This document shows positions 61,920 to 64,000 of a stretch of 64,000 nt of DNA, one piece after another. The stretch's first letter is position 1, and each line of letters opens with the position of its first letter. Location of the stretch: positions 1,202,281 through 1,266,280 of the forward strand of contig CAWEYL010000001.1 of NCBI GenBank assembly GCA_963813335.1. Direction: 5' to 3'. The DNA comes from an uncultured Chloroflexia bacterium. GTDB lineage: Bacteria > Chloroflexota > Limnocylindria > Limnocylindrales > CSP1-4. A model generated the notes under the pieces. That model searched no databases. It was given only the letters and a program-made list of their open reading frames with translations, and had not been told where the DNA came from. The translations under genes were made by a program, and so were the position numbers.

Positions 61920-63250
61920 ACCCGGACAGCCCCTGCTTCGCGCAGCGCAAGCCAGGCACTGCCGTCCGGGTACGCGTAGGCGGCCCGCGAGGCGGATCTC
62001 ATCTCGATCGAGTAGCCGGGCGCGGCCGGCGCCTGGTAGCGCCCCGAGACGACGACGACCGGGTCGACGAAGTGCTCGTGGAGGTGATCGACGTACTCGA
62101 CGACGCGATCCGCGAGCGATGCGCTGATCGCGATGTAGTCGATGATCGCAATGTGCTGGACGTACTCACACAGGCCCACGCCACCGGCGTGGGGACATAC
62201 CGGCACGCCGAACTTGGCCGCCAGCAAGAGCACCGCCAGCACCTCGTTCACGCCGCCCAGGCGACAGGCGTCCACCTGGCAGAACGCGATCGCCTCGGCC
62301 TGCAGGAGTTGCTTGAACATCACCCGATTGTGGCAGTGCTCGCCGGTCGCGACGCCGATGCCATACGGGGCGAGCGCGCGGGCGATCCGGGCATGGCCGA
62401 GGATGTCGTCCGGGCTGGTCGGCTCCTCGATCCACCATGGCTGGAATGGTGCGAGGCGTTCCATCCAGGCGATCGCCTGGTCGACGTCCCAGACCTGGTT
62501 GGCGTCGACCATGAGGATCCGGTCCGGCCCGATCTCGTCGCGCAGGATCCGTGCCCGCCGGACGTCCTCTTCGAGATCACGCCCGACCTTGATCTTGAAA
62601 TGCGTCCAGCCCGCCGCGACGCCCTCCTGGGCCAGCCGACGGACCTTGTCGTCGGGGTAGCCGAGCCAGCCGGTCGAGGTGGTGTAGGCCGGGTAGCCCG
62701 TTGCCAGCATCTCGGCCTCGCGGGCCGCCTTGGTCGGTTCGTTGCGGCGCAGGATGTCGAGAGCCTCGGCCGGCGTCAGGGCATCGGTGATGTAGCGGAA
62801 CGGGATGCAGCGGACGAGCTCCTCCGGGGTCATGTCGACGATGACCTTCCAGAGCGGCTTGCCCTCGGTCTTGGCATAGAGGTCCCACACGGCGTTGACG
62901 ATGGCGCCGGTGGCGAGGTGGATGACACCCTTTTCGGGCCCGACCCAGCGGAGCTGGCTGTCGCCCACGATGTGCGACCAGAAGGCACCGAGATCCGCCG
63001 TGAACGACTCGAGCGTCCGACCGACGACGAGCGGGGCGAGGGCCTCGATCGCCGCGACACACAGCTCGTTGCCCCGGCCGCTCGTGAATGTCAGCCCGTG
63101 ACCTTCGAGGCCGTCCGGATGATCGGTCTCGAGGACGACATAGGCCGCCGAATAATCGGGCTCGAGGTTCATCGCGTCGGACCCGTCGAGCGCCAGTGAG
63201 GTAGGAAACCGGATGTCCGATGCGATGACCGCAGTGATGGTGACCGGCAC
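61916..63250 (-). CDS. L-fuconate dehydratase-like enolase superfamily protein (ENOSF1 type)
   Basis: FPTS..DGSDAM..PDYS, WVGPEKG, KIKVG, DANQ, EEP, CPHAGGVGLCE, EYVDHLHEHF. Confidence 0.92.
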   Translation of the reverse strand: MPVTITAVIASDIRFPTSLALDGSDAMNLEPDYSAAYVVLETDHPDGLEGHGLTFTSGRGNELCVAAIEALAPLVVGRTLESFTADLGAFWSHIVGDSQLRWVGPEKGVIHLATGAIVNAVWDLYAKTEGKPLWKVIVDMTPEELVRCIPFRYITDALTPAEALDILRRNEPTKAAREAEMLATGYPAYTTSTGWLGYPDDKVRRLAQEGVAAGWTHFKIKVGRDLEEDVRRARILRDEIGPDRILMVDANQVWDVDQAIAWMERLAPFQPWWIEEPTSPDDILGHARIARALAPYGIGVATGEHCHNRVMFKQLLQAEAIAFCQVDACRLGGVNEVLAVLLLAAKFGVPVCPHAGGVGLCEYVQHIAIIDYIAISASLADRVVEYVDHLHEHFVDPVVVVSGRYQAPAAPGYSIEMRSASRAAYAYPDGSAWLALREAGAVRV

Positions 63251-63280
63251 GTGCTTCTCCGTGGGATGGATGAGGGGCCC

Positions 63281-63424
63281 GTCCGCCTCGGCCCGGAGGA
63301 GGCCGGCCGAGGCGGACAGGCGTTGGTGGACCAGGGGTTTGACGGGAGCACGTGGCCCGGCACTCGCTGGTAGTGCCGGGCCCTGCGGATGCCCTTTGAG
63401 CCGGCGTCCGAAGCGTGCTCCCGT
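63281..63424 (-). other. intergenic stem-loops after the sugar-binding protein gene
   Basis: 13-bp hairpin 63281-63317; three-way junction 63342-63424. Confidence 0.55.
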
Positions 63425-63434
63425 GCGGAAGGAC

Positions 63435-64000
63435 TTACTGCCAGGCTGACGTGAAGCTGGCCGCGTTGTCCTTCGTCACGAGCGTGGTGCCTGTGTCGAT
63501 GGCCTTCACGTAGTTCTCGCCCTTGAGCGACTTGACTGCCGCCTCGACGCCGAGGTTCGTCATCTTGAACGGCGACTGCGCCATCGTGGCTGTGGTCTTG
63601 CCTGCCTCGATGAGCTTGGCCATCTCCGGGTCACCGTCGTAGCCGAAGATCAGCAGCGGGTGCTGCTTGGACTCCGCGACCGCCACAGCACCCATCGCCG
63701 GGGAGTCGCACGCCGAGTAGATCGCTGTGAGGTTCGGGTACTTGGTGAGCAGGTCCTGCGTCACCGCGGCGCCGGTCTTGGTGTCACACAGGGTCTGCTG
63801 AGCCCCGATCACGACATTGACGCCAGTACCGTCGAGCGCTGCCTTGACACCGTCGATGCGCTGGTCGAGGTTCGGCACGCCACGCACGGCTTCGAGCAGA
63901 CCGATGGTGTCGCCCGACTTCAGTTGGGTCTTGATGTACGCGCCGGCAGCCTCGCCGCCCTTGACGTTGTTCGTAGCGGCAACCGCATCCGGGATGACAC
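63435..64000 (-). CDS. sugar ABC transporter substrate-binding protein (RbsB-like), 5' truncated
   Basis: ATNNVKGG..AG, R..G, YPNLTAIYSACD, GYDG, AQSPFKM. Confidence 0.88.
   Translation of the reverse strand, partial: VIPDAVAATNNVKGGEAAGAYIKTQLKSGDTIGLLEAVRGVPNLDQRIDGVKAALDGTGVNVVIGAQQTLCDTKTGAAVTQDLLTKYPNLTAIYSACDSPAMGAVAVAESKQHPLLIFGYDGDPEMAKLIEAGKTTATMAQSPFKMTNLGVEAAVKSLKGENYVKAIDTGTTLVTKDNAASFTSAWQ

Overview
Very GC-rich bacterial chromosomal window. Gene content (sortase, LCP, ECF transporter, many apparently leaderless genes) suggests a monoderm, Chloroflexota- or Actinomycetota-like organism; this is an inference. It holds about 50 CDS, tRNA-Gln(CTG) and a TPP riboswitch. Main blocks: a VWA/glutamine-amidotransferase-like membrane protein and a sortase; acyl-CoA dehydrogenase with a SufR-like regulator; a branched-chain 2-oxoacid dehydrogenase/lipA cluster split by an oppositely oriented pair (transporter-HEAT-cNMP-binding protein plus class III cyclase-STAND ATPase); plsY, glpD, nnrE and mutY; a thiamine-type ECF transporter; metY-metX; a cell-envelope cluster; and a sugar-acid catabolic operon after the tRNA. 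The most notable candidates are: (1) an ECF sigma factor translationally coupled to a 1780-aa protein that fuses a zinc anti-sigma (HxxxCxxC) domain and a TM helix to a thioester-less bacterial alpha-2-macroglobulin, a possible protease-sensing signalling system; (2) a short Met-Cys-Met leader ORF with terminator/antiterminator in front of metY-metX; (3) the cyclase/cNMP-gated transporter pair; (4) an unassigned structured RNA at about 5941-6085. Seven single-base insertions break five genes and are most likely sequencing artefacts. All calls come from reading motifs by eye; no searches were run.
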